This document shows, one piece after another, positions 31,579-42,589 of a stretch of 64,000 nt of DNA; position 1 is the first letter of the stretch; every line of letters starts with the position of its first letter. The stretch covers positions 256,001 through 320,000 of the forward strand of contig CAVTHK010000007.1 of the NCBI GenBank assembly GCA_963734495.1, in the 5' to 3' direction. The DNA comes from an uncultured Spirochaetota bacterium (GTDB lineage Bacteria > Spirochaetota > Spirochaetia > SZUA-6 > CAVTHK01). Under the pieces are notes generated by a model. That model was not told the origin of the DNA. It saw only the letters and a list, made by a program, of their open reading frames with translations, and did not search any database. The position numbers were made by a program, and so were the translations under genes.

Positions 31579-33432
31579 TTATTCCTGTCTGAACGGCGAG
31601 TACTTCGTGCCCTTCCATTCGAGCCCGAGGTGATTGGAGAACTCGAGCACGTTCAACCGCACACCGTGCACGATGAGCGAGAGGCTGCCCATGGTCAGGT
31701 TCAGCCCGTGGCCGACGAGCGCTATGAGCACGAGCCCGATGATCCCGGGGAACTCCTGTCCCATGGCGGCGCTCATGGAGTTGACGGCGGCCCCGACCTT
31801 GGCGCCCGCGAGACCCACGGCGAAGAGTCGGACGTAGGAAACGGTGTCCGCGAACATGCTGATGCTGTTCAGCACCTTGAGCGGAAGCCAGGCGATCCCC
31901 GCCAGGAACCCTTTGACCACGCGGCCCTTCTGCTCGCCGAAGAGCACGATCAGCACGAGGCCGGAAAAGACGAGGGTCAGCGCTGCCTGCCCGAAAGTCA
32001 CTGCCGCGAGCGGTCCCCAGGTCGCGACGGGGGTCGACCCCGGCTTGCGGAGGACGAGGATCTGGATCGCGAAGTACATGCCCCACAGCACCGCGAGCCA
32101 GCCCGGCTCCTGGTAAGCGCCCAGCGACGGGAGCTTGCGGAGAAAGTTGATGCTGTGGGCGATCGTGATGTGCACGGCGCCGATGACGAAGCAGATCGCC
32201 ATCAGGATCGGGGTCGTGTTGACGCCGCCGAGCGGGTAACTCGCGATCGAGTTGACCGTCAGGGCGCGCAGGGGCGGCAGGTTCGCCAGCGCCTCGGAGC
32301 CGAACCAGGTCCCCGTGATGGCACCGTAGACCACGGTCAGCGTGCTCGTGGCGATGAGGAGCTGGAAAAAGTCGGGGGGGAACTTCGGAAAGCGGGACTT
32401 CGCCCAGATCGAGAGCCCCAGGTACACCAGCCCGTAGCCCGCATCTCCCACGATCATGGCCCAGAACAGGCTGAAGAACATCAGGAACCAGGGGCTGATG
32501 TCATACTCGCCGTAGCCGGGCACGGTGCCCAGGAAGTCGATGACCGGCTTGATGGGCCTGAGCCACCCGGGGTACGCGATCAGCGTGGGGACGGGGTCGT
32601 CTTCGCCGGGCTCCTCCACGAGCATCGCCCAGCCGCCGCGCGCCGAGGCCTTTTCGACCTCCTCGACACGGTCGCGCGGGACGAACCCGGTGAGCGTGAC
32701 CAGCGGCCCCTCGCGGCCCATGGCGAGCGCCACACGCTCGAACTCCAGCCCGCGGTCGACATCGGCCAGCTTGCGGCGCAGTGCGTTTTCGTGGCACGCC
32801 AGGCCGGCCCGCTCGAGGCGCAGCCGCCGCGCCTCGGCGTCGAGGCGCGCCAGCGCGGCCCGCGCCGCCTCGAGCCCCATCTCGGGAAGCGGCTGGGTCG
32901 TCCCCGGCAGGCTCCCCTCGCCCGCCGCGTCGCGCGAAACGACGGCGAGCCTCGTGCGCCCCTTGGCCTGTCCCAGAGTAAGCGTCACGACGCCTTGCGG
33001 GAGCCGGCTCGCTTCCGCGGCGGTGACGGTGATCAGCCGGACCGACACGCCCTTTTCCTCGAGCGCCCTGAGAGCCGCGGGGTCGAAATCGCCCCAGGGC
33101 TCGAGCGTCTCCGCCAGCCGGGCGAGCCGCGCGCTTTCCTGGACGGCTGCCTGCTCCTTCTCGTAGGAGGCGTCGACCGCGCGAGCGATCGCCAGCGGAT
33201 CAGCCGCCGCCTCCGCCGGAGCTTCCCCGCCGCCTTGCTCGGCCTCGAGAAGGGCGAGGGCGCGCGCGACCAGCGAGCGCTGCTCGCGCAGATCCTCCAC
33301 GCGGCTGTCGCCGGCTCCGACGCCGGGGGCGACCTCGACGTGCATGACCCCGACGCGGCGCAGCTCCCGCAGCGAGTCGGCCCGGTGGCGTTCGAGCACC
33401 ACCAGCGAAACCTTCCGCATGGGCACGATCAT
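31579..33432 (-). CDS. atpI: V-type ATPase subunit I
   Basis: MIVPMRK, MIVGDAGYG, DTVSYVRLFAVGLA, HGVRLNVLEF. Confidence 0.93.
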   Translation of the reverse strand: MIVPMRKVSLVVLERHRADSLRELRRVGVMHVEVAPGVGAGDSRVEDLREQRSLVARALALLEAEQGGGEAPAEAAADPLAIARAVDASYEKEQAAVQESARLARLAETLEPWGDFDPAALRALEEKGVSVRLITVTAAEASRLPQGVVTLTLGQAKGRTRLAVVSRDAAGEGSLPGTTQPLPEMGLEAARAALARLDAEARRLRLERAGLACHENALRRKLADVDRGLEFERVALAMGREGPLVTLTGFVPRDRVEEVEKASARGGWAMLVEEPGEDDPVPTLIAYPGWLRPIKPVIDFLGTVPGYGEYDISPWFLMFFSLFWAMIVGDAGYGLVYLGLSIWAKSRFPKFPPDFFQLLIATSTLTVVYGAITGTWFGSEALANLPPLRALTVNSIASYPLGGVNTTPILMAICFVIGAVHITIAHSINFLRKLPSLGAYQEPGWLAVLWGMYFAIQILVLRKPGSTPVATWGPLAAVTFGQAALTLVFSGLVLIVLFGEQKGRVVKGFLAGIAWLPLKVLNSISMFADTVSYVRLFAVGLAGAKVGAAVNSMSAAMGQEFPGIIGLVLIALVGHGLNLTMGSLSLIVHGVRLNVLEFSNHLGLEWKGTKYSPFRQE

Positions 33433-33433
33433 G

Positions 33434-34030
33434 CTATCCCGCCCCCACGAGCTTGCCCTTGGAGATCTTGCCGCGGACGACGGCCGCGGTCTGTTGATCG
33501 CCGAGGTAGATGCCGATCCGCCTGATGCTCTCGCGCGTCTCGGGGATCTTGATCTTCTCGAACAGGTTGACTCTCTGGCTGGTGATCCGCAGCTCCCGGG
33601 CGAGTCGCCGCTGCTGCTCCTCGAGGACGATGATCTCGGCCTCCAGCTTCAGGATCGCGGCGATCGCCGCCAGCGCGGCATCGACCCACAGCGGGGTCGT
33701 GAACAGGTCATAGGCCGCCACGACGACCTCGAGGTCCTGGAACAGCGGTATGTCGATGCCCGCGATGTTGCCCAGCCTCACCCTCAGCCTCAAGTCCTCG
33801 ATCAGCGCCTCGAGCCCGACCTTCTCGCCGAGCAGCCCCACCCAGCTCCGCAGCGCCTCGAGCTCGCGCGCGATCCGCGCCCTCCGCTCCGCCTGCTCGC
33901 CCTGCACCCGCAGGATCTCGACCTGCAGCTGCTGCTTCTTCAGCATAAGGGTCGGGAGGTAGCGGTTGAAGCGCTTGAGCGCGTCTTTCTGCCGCTTGAG
34001 CTCGGTCTTGGTCAGCCGCACCTTGGCCAT
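33434..34030 (-). CDS. atpD: V-type ATPase subunit D
   Basis: MAKVRLTKTELK, YLPTLMLKKQQL, TSQRVNLFEKIKIP. Confidence 0.93.
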   Translation of the reverse strand: MAKVRLTKTELKRQKDALKRFNRYLPTLMLKKQQLQVEILRVQGEQAERRARIARELEALRSWVGLLGEKVGLEALIEDLRLRVRLGNIAGIDIPLFQDLEVVVAAYDLFTTPLWVDAALAAIAAILKLEAEIIVLEEQQRRLARELRITSQRVNLFEKIKIPETRESIRRIGIYLGDQQTAAVVRGKISKGKLVGAG

Positions 34031-34053
34031 CGCGCCGCTCCGTTCGTCCGCCG

Positions 34054-35355
34054 CTACGCCGTCTTCCGCGGCCAGAACTGCCGGATCAGCTCCGTGCGCA
34101 ACCCCGTCTCCTCGGGCGTGAAGCACTCGGCAAGGATGCGCCAGCCGCTGTCGAGCGCCTGCTCGAGCGGGATGTTGACCGCCAGGTCCATGAGCTCGCG
34201 CTCGAAGAGCCCGCCGTACCGCAGGAGCTTCTCGTCCCACGGGGAGAGCTGGAAGCCCATCGACTTCTTCTCGAGCGTCTCCTTGTAGCCGGCGTAGAGC
34301 TGGATCATGCCGTCCATCAGAGACCGGTGATCGTCGCGCGTCTTCTTGTTGACCAGCTGCTTCAGGCGCGACAGCGAGCCGAACGGCTCGATGCGGCCGT
34401 TGCGCAGGTAGAACTGCCCCTCCGTGATGTAGCCGGTGTTGTCGGGCACCGGGTGCGTCACGTCGTCGCCGGGCATCGTCGTGACGGCCAGGATCGTGAT
34501 CGAGCCGGCGCCCTCGAAATCGACCGCCTTCTCGTAGCGGGCCGCGAGCTGGCTGTACAGGTCGCCGGGGTATCCGCGGTTGGACGGCACCTGCTCCATC
34601 GTGATCGCGATCTCCTTGAGGGCGTCGGAAAAGTTGGTCATGTCCGTGAGCAGCACGAGGACGCGGCGCCCCTTGAGGGCGAACCGCTCGGCGACGGCGA
34701 GGGAGATGTCCGGCACCTGGAGGCTCTCGACGACCGGGTCGGCAGCGGTGTGGACGAAGAAGATGGTGCGCGGCAGCGCGCCCCCTTCTTCGAGCGTGTC
34801 CCGGAAGTACAGGTAGTCGTCGTACTTGAGCCCGCACCCCCCGAGGATGATCATGTCGACCTCGGCCTGCAGCGCGATCCTCGCGAGCACCTCGTTGTAG
34901 GGCTCGCCCGAGACGGAGAAGATCGGCAGCTTCTGGCTCTCGACCAGAGTGTTGAACACGTCGATCATCGGGATGCCGGTCCGGATCATTCTGCGCGGGA
35001 TGATGCGCCTGGCCGGGTTCACGGCGGGTCCGCCGATCTCGATCATGTTTTCGGCGAGCTCCGGCCCGCCGTCGCGCGGCCTGCCGCGGCCGTCGAAGAT
35101 GCGGCCGAGCAGGTTGTCGGAAAAGGAGACCTGCATGGGGTGGCCGAGGAAGCGGACCTCGTCGCCCGTCGACACGCCACGGCCGCCGGCGAAGACCTGC
35201 AGAGACACGCGCTCGCCGTCCAGGCGGATCACCTCGGCCAGGGACGTCCCCGCCGCGGAGCGCACTTCGGCGAGCTCGCCGTAGCGCACGTCCGCGGCGT
35301 CGACGGTGATCACGTTGCCCGCGATCCTCTCGATCCTGCTGTAGACCTTTCGCAT
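34054..35355 (-). CDS. atpB: V-type ATPase subunit B
   Basis: [36 protein letters not shown]. Confidence 0.95.
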   Translation of the reverse strand: MRKVYSRIERIAGNVITVDAADVRYGELAEVRSAAGTSLAEVIRLDGERVSLQVFAGGRGVSTGDEVRFLGHPMQVSFSDNLLGRIFDGRGRPRDGGPELAENMIEIGGPAVNPARRIIPRRMIRTGIPMIDVFNTLVESQKLPIFSVSGEPYNEVLARIALQAEVDMIILGGCGLKYDDYLYFRDTLEEGGALPRTIFFVHTAADPVVESLQVPDISLAVAERFALKGRRVLVLLTDMTNFSDALKEIAITMEQVPSNRGYPGDLYSQLAARYEKAVDFEGAGSITILAVTTMPGDDVTHPVPDNTGYITEGQFYLRNGRIEPFGSLSRLKQLVNKKTRDDHRSLMDGMIQLYAGYKETLEKKSMGFQLSPWDEKLLRYGGLFERELMDLAVNIPLEQALDSGWRILAECFTPEETGLRTELIRQFWPRKTA

Positions 35356-35373
35356 GAGTCGACTCCGTGAGCG

Positions 35374-37134
35374 TCAGCGGACGGCCGCGGCTTCGGCGGG
35401 GGCGGCGACGCCGCGCGATGCGACCATCCCGTCGATTTCCTTTTCGAGGCGCCGGAAGTCGTCGCTCTCCCACTCGGCGCCGTTCAAATCGAGAAACCTC
35501 TGCCGCAGCTGCGCGAAGAACGTGCGCGCCTCGTCCTTGCCCTTCAGGGCGATCGGCGCCCGCAGGACCCGCAGCAGGATCCCGAAGACGTAGCGCTGCC
35601 GATCGGCAGCCGTCGCCGCGTCGACCGGGTCGAAGGCGTTCTGCTGCAGGTACACCGAGTCGAGGAACTCGCTCTTGAGGTAGACGAGGTAGTCGTCCTG
35701 GGACGTGCCCTCCTCGCCGACGACCTTCATCATCTGGTTGACCTCGTTGCCGCGGAACAGCACGTCGCGCGCCTCCGCCACGCTCGCGGAATCCACGACG
35801 CCCTGGTACTTGCTCCAGCTCTCCAGCGGGTGGATCGCGGGATAGCGGCGGGCGTCCGAGCGCTCGCGCGAGAGCCCGAGAAAGGCCCCGACGACCTTGA
35901 GCGTCGCCTGCGTCACCGGCTCCTCGAAGTTGCCGCCGGCCGGGCTCACAGCCCCCCCGATGGTCACGCTGCCCTGGCTGCCGTCTGCGAGCTTCACGAT
36001 CCCGGCCCTCTCGTAGAAGGCCGCGATCACGCTCTCCAGGTAGGCGGGGAAGGCCTCCTCCCCCGGGATCTCCTCGAGGCGGCCGGACATCTCGCGCATC
36101 GCCTGAGCCCAGCGCGAGGTCGAGTCCGCGAGCAGGAGCACGTCGAGGCCCATCTGCCGGTAGTACTCCGCCATGGTCACCGCCGTGTAGACCGAGGCCT
36201 CGCGGGCCGCGACCGGCATGGAGCTCGTGTTGCAGACGATGATCGTGCGCTCCATGAGCGACTTGCCGGTCCGCGGATCGATGAGCTCGGGGAACTCGCG
36301 CAGCGTCTCGACGACCTCGCCGGCGCGCTCGCCGCAGGCCGCGATGATCACGATGTCGACCTCCGCGTAGCGGCTGGTGAGCTGCTGCAGAACGGTCTTG
36401 CCCGCGCCGAACGGCCCGGGGATGCAGTAGGTCCCGCCGCGCGCCACGGGGAAGAACGTGTCGATGATGCGCACCCTGGTCACGAGCGTTCCCGAAGGCT
36501 TCAGGCGCTCGACGAACGCCGTGACCGGCCGCTTGACCGGCCAGTCGAAGCTCATCGAGAGGTCCCGCGTCGCGCCCCTGCCGTCCTCGACCGTGGCGAC
36601 GACGTCGTCGACTGAGTACTCTCCCGCGGCCGCGATCTTCCGCACCACGCAGCTCTCGCGCATCGAGAACGGCACCATGACGCGGTGCGTGAATATGCCC
36701 TCCGGAACCGTTCCGAGGACGGAAGCGGCTTTGACCGTGTCGCCGACCTTTGCGACCGGCGTAAAAGCCCACTTGCGCTGCGCGGGCAGCGCCGGGAAGT
36801 AGACGCCCCGCTCGAGGAAGAACCCGTGGCGCTCGGCGAGGAGCGGCAGCGGGTTCTGGAGACCGTCGAAGATCTGCCCGAGCAGGCCCGGCCCGAGGCG
36901 GACGGCGAGCATCTCGTGCGTGAACTCTACAGGGTCGCCGATCCCGATGCCCCGGGTCTGCTCGAATACCTGCACCTCGGCCCGGTTGCCGTTGACGCGG
37001 ATCACCTCGCTCTTGAGCCTCTTCTCGCCCAGCGCGATGTAAGCCACCTCGTTCATGAGCACGGCGCCCTCGAACTCCACGGAGACCATGTTGCCGTTGA
37101 CGCCGACGACCCTGCCCTTCGACCCTTTATCCAT
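35374..37134 (-). CDS. atpA: V-type ATPase subunit A
   Basis: GPFGAGKT, CGERAGE, NTSSMPVAAREAS, DSTSRWA. Confidence 0.96.
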   Translation of the reverse strand: MDKGSKGRVVGVNGNMVSVEFEGAVLMNEVAYIALGEKRLKSEVIRVNGNRAEVQVFEQTRGIGIGDPVEFTHEMLAVRLGPGLLGQIFDGLQNPLPLLAERHGFFLERGVYFPALPAQRKWAFTPVAKVGDTVKAASVLGTVPEGIFTHRVMVPFSMRESCVVRKIAAAGEYSVDDVVATVEDGRGATRDLSMSFDWPVKRPVTAFVERLKPSGTLVTRVRIIDTFFPVARGGTYCIPGPFGAGKTVLQQLTSRYAEVDIVIIAACGERAGEVVETLREFPELIDPRTGKSLMERTIIVCNTSSMPVAAREASVYTAVTMAEYYRQMGLDVLLLADSTSRWAQAMREMSGRLEEIPGEEAFPAYLESVIAAFYERAGIVKLADGSQGSVTIGGAVSPAGGNFEEPVTQATLKVVGAFLGLSRERSDARRYPAIHPLESWSKYQGVVDSASVAEARDVLFRGNEVNQMMKVVGEEGTSQDDYLVYLKSEFLDSVYLQQNAFDPVDAATAADRQRYVFGILLRVLRAPIALKGKDEARTFFAQLRQRFLDLNGAEWESDDFRRLEKEIDGMVASRGVAAPAEAAAVR

Positions 37135-37714
37135 TGAAGGCTTCCCCCGCTCTGATCTTCTGCCCGGCCGCGCCCCGGATATGCTCGAGAGTCTCGCGTC
37201 CCCTCGCTTCGGTCGCGCGCGACCGGCGCTCGAGAATCTGGAGCTTGAGCGACCGCGCGATCACGACGTCCAGCGCGAACGGATGGCCCAGCTCGAGGCT
37301 GTCGAGCAGCACCCAGCGCGCCCGGTCGAGGATCTCCTCGCCCGCGAGCGGCGTCGGAGCGGACGCGGCCGCGCGCGCCACCGCCTCGCACTCGACGGTG
37401 TCCGCTCCCCCGTTCTCGAACGAAAGCCTCGGAATCGGCTTCAGGTATCGCTCGGCGTCGACCCCGCGGGCGGCTGCCCTCGCCCGGGCAAGCGCGTTCC
37501 TGAGGCTGATCTCCCAGCGGTACCACCGCACCACGGCCGGGTGCGACCCGGGCTCGGCGTTCCACACGTCGAGCCTCGCCCGGGAAAACGCTTCGGCGTC
37601 GGCGGCGCCCAGAACCCCTTCGCAGTAGTACCGCAGCTTCTCGCTGCTCATCGGCGGCGGAGCGTCGAACAGCAGCGTCGGCAGCGACGCGACCAGCGCG
37701 TGATACTGGCTCAA
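37127..37714 (-). CDS. V-type ATPase-associated DUF2764-like (subunit C-like) protein
   Basis: YHALVASLP.L...WE..LRNALARARA; position between subunits E and A; TTG start. Confidence 0.78.
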   Translation of the reverse strand: MSQYHALVASLPTLLFDAPPPMSSEKLRYYCEGVLGAADAEAFSRARLDVWNAEPGSHPAVVRWYRWEISLRNALARARAAARGVDAERYLKPIPRLSFENGGADTVECEAVARAAASAPTPLAGEEILDRARWVLLDSLELGHPFALDVVIARSLKLQILERRSRATEARGRETLEHIRGAAGQKIRAGEAFNG

Positions 37715-38320
37715 CCCGCCTTCTCCTCGAGGCACGCCGCCAGCCGGGGATTGAGGTGCTCCATCAGGTACTCGGCGAGGGCCGAATCCGTGAAGTCGAA
37801 GTAGGCGGCCCCGTTCTTTTCCGAGACGCGGAACCCCGCGAGGATCGAGGACGAAGGCTTGATGGCGAGCCCGCGCCGGACCTGATCGGCGACGGCCGCG
37901 AGGAGCGAATCGCGCATGGCGTCCCAGGCGGCGGACGGAACCAGCACGTCGTAGGCGACCTCGGAGTCGCTGCGCCAGTTGCGGAACAGGGACGCGAGCG
38001 CCTCCTTGACCGCGTCGCCCTGGAGCGCACCGGTGACGCGGGCGCGGAGGATCGCGGTAAAGGTGCGCTCGAGCTCTTTGCGGAGACCGAGGATGACGTC
38101 GCGGGCCGCCTGCCGGACGCCCTCGCGACCGGTCTGCTCGAACCGAAGCGCCTCCGCCTTCGCCCGCTCGACGAGGGACTCCGCGCGGGCGCGAGCTTCC
38201 GCGACGATGCCGGACTGCCTGCTCTTCGGCCTTGCGCCTGACGCTTGCAGCCTCCTGCTCGGCCGCCTCGAGCCCTTCTTTTTTGATCTTCTCTATCAGC
38301 TCTTTCAGCTGAGCACTCAT
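37711..38320 (-). CDS. atpE: V-type ATPase subunit E (frameshift near 38215)
   Basis: QLKELIEKIKKEGLEAA start; GFRVSEKNGAAYFDFTDSALAEYL end in another frame. Confidence 0.85.
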
Positions 38321-38374
38321 GAGCACCTCTTTGTCGTATGGACGATTGCGGAAAGGCGGTGCGCCAGCCGTGAG

Positions 38375-38403
38375 ATATTAGCGGATGACATCGCCCTTAG
38401 CAA
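38375..38403 (-). promoter_or_regulatory. Putative sigma70 promoter of V-ATPase operon
   Basis: Minus strand TTGCTA-N17-TAATAT. Confidence 0.55.
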
Positions 38404-38453
38404 GCGGAAGGAGGTCAAAGCTGAAGGTGCGCGCGCCGCTCGAGGCCGCCCCT

Positions 38454-38828
38454 TCAGGCGGACGGCGCGCGCACGAGGTGCTGCCGCACGTACGAGGCCA
38501 CTTTCGCGATCTTCCGCTCGACCAGCGCTCGCACCACCGGGTCGAACCCGCCGCACTTGATGCGGTCGGCGAGCCGCGCGCGCACGCCGGCGAGCAGGTC
38601 CTCGAGGGCGGCATAGCTCTCAGCCCGCACCTCCGCGAGGCACGCGCCGACCGCCGCGACCCCGTGACGCTCCCGCTCGAGCACCGCGACATTCTCCCGC
38701 AGCACGTAGTCCGTGATCTCGCCCGTCGCGCCGCGGCCGCGGGTGTGCTCCTCCAGCGCCGCGATGTCCTCCGCGAGGTCGTCGATCTCGATGCGGAGGA
38801 TCTCCAGGAACTTGCGCTTCTCGTCCAC
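38454..38828 (-). CDS. Hypothetical helical protein
   Basis: Protein-like ORF KFLEILRIEIDDL...EITDYVLRENVAVL. Confidence 0.7.
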   Translation of the reverse strand: MDEKRKFLEILRIEIDDLAEDIAALEEHTRGRGATGEITDYVLRENVAVLERERHGVAAVGACLAEVRAESYAALEDLLAGVRARLADRIKCGGFDPVVRALVERKIAKVASYVRQHLVRAPSA

Positions 38829-38852
38829 GACGAACCTCCGCAGCGCCCTGCC

Positions 38853-40024
38853 TTACTCCCCCTTGAGCGCGACCGAGATCGCAGAGACGTCTTTCCTCAC
38901 GGCGGCGGCCAGGTCGGCGGAGATCGCGCGGAGCACGTCCTCGGCCGCCTTCTGCTCGGTGCCCCCCTGACCGTGGGTCCCCTTTGCGTGCGCCCGCTCG
39001 ACGCTCGTCTGGTACATGATCTTGCCGTCGGCCTTGCGCAGGACGCGCAGCGTCGCGCGAGCGTCGGACACGAAGAGGTTGTACTTCCGCCCGGCCAGCT
39101 CGAGCTGGCGGATGCTCGAGCAGTCGTTGAGCACCACGACGAGATAGGAGACGTTGGTCTCCAGACCGATGGCGCCGATGGAAGCGAGGTCGCCCTCGTA
39201 CACGCGCGTGAACGCCTGCGGGGACAGGGAGCCGTTGAAGAGGCTCCAGTCGTACGGGATCGCCTTGAGCTCCTGGAACACGGGATTGACCACAAAGGGA
39301 TCCGAGGAGACTCCGAGCCGCGAGCGCTCGAGCACGAGGAGCGTCGCCCGCCTGAGGGGCGGAGCGTACACGAAGTCGCGCTCGACCCCCTTGAACGCGT
39401 AGGTGTAGCCGCGCACCTTGAACACGAGCGACGCCCGCACGATCTGCTCGGCGTTCGGGTTGTCGAAGCTCGCGATCGCGCAGTTGGCCTGCCCGAAGTC
39501 GTTGGTGTTGACGGTGCCGGCGAGCACGCCCCCGCCTTTGGCAAAGGCGAACAGCACCGGCGCGTTGGAGACGAGGGAGCGGCCGCCGGACTGCTTGATC
39601 GTGAGGATGACGCTGGGCATGAGCCGCTGGGTCTCGAGCGTCTGGCCGGTGACCTGGTTGTTCGCCGCGTCGAGCCACGCGGTGTCGGCCTCGAGGGCAA
39701 GGGCGGACCCCAGCTTGGCGAGCTCCGTGTCGGCCCTCGAGCGCGATCTCGTCAGCCTCGCGCGGCGGCGAGGCAGAGCTGCTGCCGCTCCGCGAGCACG
39801 GAGACGAGCTGCTTGATCCCGTCCGCGACCAGGCCCTGATCGATGCGGTCGAGCCCGGCCGCGAGGAACTCCTTCATCCTCGCCACCTCAGCGGCGCCGG
39901 CCGCCGGCGCGGCCGGAGCGCCGGCCGGCGCGGGCGCGGACACCGCGGTCGGGGCCGGGCCCGGGGTCGTGGCGCACGACGCCAGCAGGACGAGAACGGC
40001 GAGCACAGGCAGGACGCGGGACAA
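38853..40024 (-). CDS. Putative lipoprotein (frameshift near 39760-39780)
   Basis: Lipobox LLAS-C after a hydrophobic stretch; continues into the 38853-39620 frame. Confidence 0.7.
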
Positions 40025-40154
40025 CGGGAGCCTCCTCTTGGCGCCGGGTTCGTGGCTCAGTATACCATGCGAAGGTCGCTGTCGCTTGCCCGTCCGACGA
40101 ACATCCGTGTACACTGCCAGGCCTCGCGACCGGGGTTCGCGTCGGAGGTGACCG

Positions 40155-41651
40155 TTGCCGCCAGTCTGGAGCGGCCGCATGGCCCGTGGGCCTGACGCTC
40201 TCGTGCTCGAATACTGCTCGGGTCGCGACGTCGCAGCGCTTCCCATGGCGGACGAGCTTCTTCTCCCGTACGACATCTGGGGGACGGAAGCGCACGACAT
40301 CATGCTGTACGAGCGCGGCGTTCTCGCGAAGGGCGACGTGCGCCCCATCCTCGCGAGCCTGCGCGCGCTTCGCGGGCGCGCGGAGACCGGCGACTTCAAG
40401 CTCGACCCGCAGAAGGAAGACGTCCACATGAACGTGGAGGCCTGGGTCACGGACCGCTGCGGGCCCGAGGTCGGCCGCAAGGTGCACACGGGCCGCAGCC
40501 GCAACGACCAGGCCGCGACGGACATGCGGCTGTACGTGCGCGAGCGCCTGCTCGAGACCGCGGACGACCTCGCGGCGCTGGTCGCCACGCTGCTCCAGCG
40601 CGGCCGCGCCGAGGCGGCCAGCGCGATGCCGGGCTACTCGCACACGCGCCACGCCACGATCTCGTCGTTCGGCCACCTGCTCGTCTCGTACGCCCAGGCC
40701 CTGCTGCGCGACCTCGAGCGCCTCGGCTTCGCCTACAGCCTCGCGAACCAGAGCCCCCTCGGCGCGGCCGCCGGGTTCGGCACCTCCTGGCCGATCGACC
40801 GGGAGCGCACGGCGGAGCTCCTCGGCTTCGACGGGGTGCAGCTGAACACCATCGACTGCGTGTCGTCGCGCTGGGAGACCGAGGCGGAGACGGCGGCTGC
40901 CTTCAGCTTTCTCATGAGCCACCTCGCGCTCGCCGCGCAGGACCTGATCTTCCTCTCGACCTCGGAGGCCCGCATGGTACGCCTGGACGACGGCGTCGTG
41001 CAGGGCAGCTCGATCATGCCGCAGAAGCGCAACCCCGATCCGCTGGAGGTCACGCGCGCCAAGGCCGTCCTCGCCCACTCGACGTTCCAGGCGCTGGTCG
41101 GGATCGCGCGCGGCGGGCTCTCGGGCTACAATCGCGACCTCCAGTACACCAAGTACCTCGTCATCGACCTGCTGCGCGAGTGCGGAAAGGCGCCCGCCGT
41201 GATGCGGCGGGTCGTGGAAGGGCTCGAGCCCGACCGCGCGCGGATGAAGGACCTCGCCGGCCGCGACTTCCTCAACGCCGTCGACGTGGCGGACACCCTC
41301 GCCCGCTCGCTCGGGCTGCCGTTCCGCCAGGCCTACGACGTGGTCGCCGATGCGGTGCACGCGTGCGAGGCCCAGGGGAGGCTCACCCCCGCGGCCGTCA
41401 ACGCCGCTCTTTCCCGGGCGGGCGTGTCCGGCCGCCTCGGCGAAACCGAGTTCCGCGCCCTCGATGACCCGGCCGCGCTGCTGGAGTCGCGCGGCCACCT
41501 CGGCGGGCCCGCGCCCCGGGCCCTCGAGTCGACCGCGGCCGCGCTCGAGCAGCGGCTCGAGCGGCTGCGGGCCGACGTCCGCGGCCGCAGGGATCGCCTC
41601 GCCGCGGCGTGGAAGGCCAAGGAAGAGGCGGCTTCGCTGCTGCTCGCATGA
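40155..41651 (+). CDS. argH: Argininosuccinate lyase
   Basis: EDVHMNVE, HTGRSRNDQ, GSSIMPQKRNPD, GYNRDLQ; GGAGG RBS before TTG. Confidence 0.95.
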   Translation: MPPVWSGRMARGPDALVLEYCSGRDVAALPMADELLLPYDIWGTEAHDIMLYERGVLAKGDVRPILASLRALRGRAETGDFKLDPQKEDVHMNVEAWVTDRCGPEVGRKVHTGRSRNDQAATDMRLYVRERLLETADDLAALVATLLQRGRAEAASAMPGYSHTRHATISSFGHLLVSYAQALLRDLERLGFAYSLANQSPLGAAAGFGTSWPIDRERTAELLGFDGVQLNTIDCVSSRWETEAETAAAFSFLMSHLALAAQDLIFLSTSEARMVRLDDGVVQGSSIMPQKRNPDPLEVTRAKAVLAHSTFQALVGIARGGLSGYNRDLQYTKYLVIDLLRECGKAPAVMRRVVEGLEPDRARMKDLAGRDFLNAVDVADTLARSLGLPFRQAYDVVADAVHACEAQGRLTPAAVNAALSRAGVSGRLGETEFRALDDPAALLESRGHLGGPAPRALESTAAALEQRLERLRADVRGRRDRLAAAWKAKEEAASLLLA

Positions 41652-42583
41652 AACGCGCCGCCTTTGTCCTGCTCGCGCTCCTGCTGCCCCTCGTCGTCTT
41701 TGCGCGCGGCAGCCGCGAGCCGGACCTCGTCGTCGCCGCGGTCCAGATCCGCGTCGATGCTTCGCTCCTGCGCACGCCCGTCGTCTACGAGCGCGCCCTC
41801 CGCGACGCCGCCGCGGCCGCGGGCCGCGGCGGGCACGCGGACCTGATCGTGTTTCCCGAGTACACGGCCGCCTTTTTCGCCCTCGCCGGCATCGGCGAGG
41901 AGCTCGCGCGCGCTTCCACCTCCGAGGAACTGCTGGCCGCCGTGCGCCGCACCGACCCGACGATCAGGACCCCCGCCGACTTCTTTGCCGCGCACGCGGA
42001 CGAGGCGCAGGGATGGGCCACGCAGGTCTTTGGCGAGATCGCCCGCGAGCAGCGCGCCTGGGTCGTCGCCGGGACGTGGTTCGCGCCCGACGGAGCGGGA
42101 GGGCTGAGGAACCGGGCCCTCGTGATGTCCCCCGACGGCGCGGTGGCCTACACGCAGGACAAGGTCTTCCTGACCGAGATCGAGGAGCAGATGCTCAGGA
42201 TGAGCCCGGGCTCGGTGCAGGCTGCCCACGGGGTGAGCATCCGCGGCCGCGACGTCAGGCTCACGATCTGCCGCGACACCTTCGAACGTGACTGGGAAGC
42301 TCAGCACCGGGGCGCGGACCTCTGGATTGACATCAAGGCGAACGGCGCGGCCTTTACCGGCGAGGAGCGGGCCTCCTTTGCCCGCGCGCTGCCCGCGAGG
42401 CTCGCGCCCGCTCGCGTCTCCTACGGGCTGACGGTCTGCCTGACGGGCTCGCTGCTGGAGTTCCTCTGGGAAGGCGAGTCGTCGTTCATACGCGCCGACC
42501 CCGCCGGCGGCACCGTGACGCTGCAGGCCGCGCGGTCGGCCGCGGCTTCCGAGGTCATGGTCGTGAGGGTCCCGAGGAGGTAG
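41648..42583 (+). CDS. Exported carbon-nitrogen hydrolase (nitrilase superfamily)
   Basis: Signal peptide; LIVFPEY, QDKVFL, TICRD give a Glu-Lys-Cys triad. Confidence 0.8.
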   Translation: MKRAAFVLLALLLPLVVFARGSREPDLVVAAVQIRVDASLLRTPVVYERALRDAAAAAGRGGHADLIVFPEYTAAFFALAGIGEELARASTSEELLAAVRRTDPTIRTPADFFAAHADEAQGWATQVFGEIAREQRAWVVAGTWFAPDGAGGLRNRALVMSPDGAVAYTQDKVFLTEIEEQMLRMSPGSVQAAHGVSIRGRDVRLTICRDTFERDWEAQHRGADLWIDIKANGAAFTGEERASFARALPARLAPARVSYGLTVCLTGSLLEFLWEGESSFIRADPAGGTVTLQAARSAAASEVMVVRVPRR

Positions 42584-42589
42584 AGCGGC

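Noticed and set aside
33434..36772. 1112-aa ORF ending in V-ATPase D, and similar extensions at 19948-21567, 7871-9781, 7281-8459 and 37127-38326
   Set aside because: Upstream parts are off-frame read-through of neighbouring genes; real starts are internal
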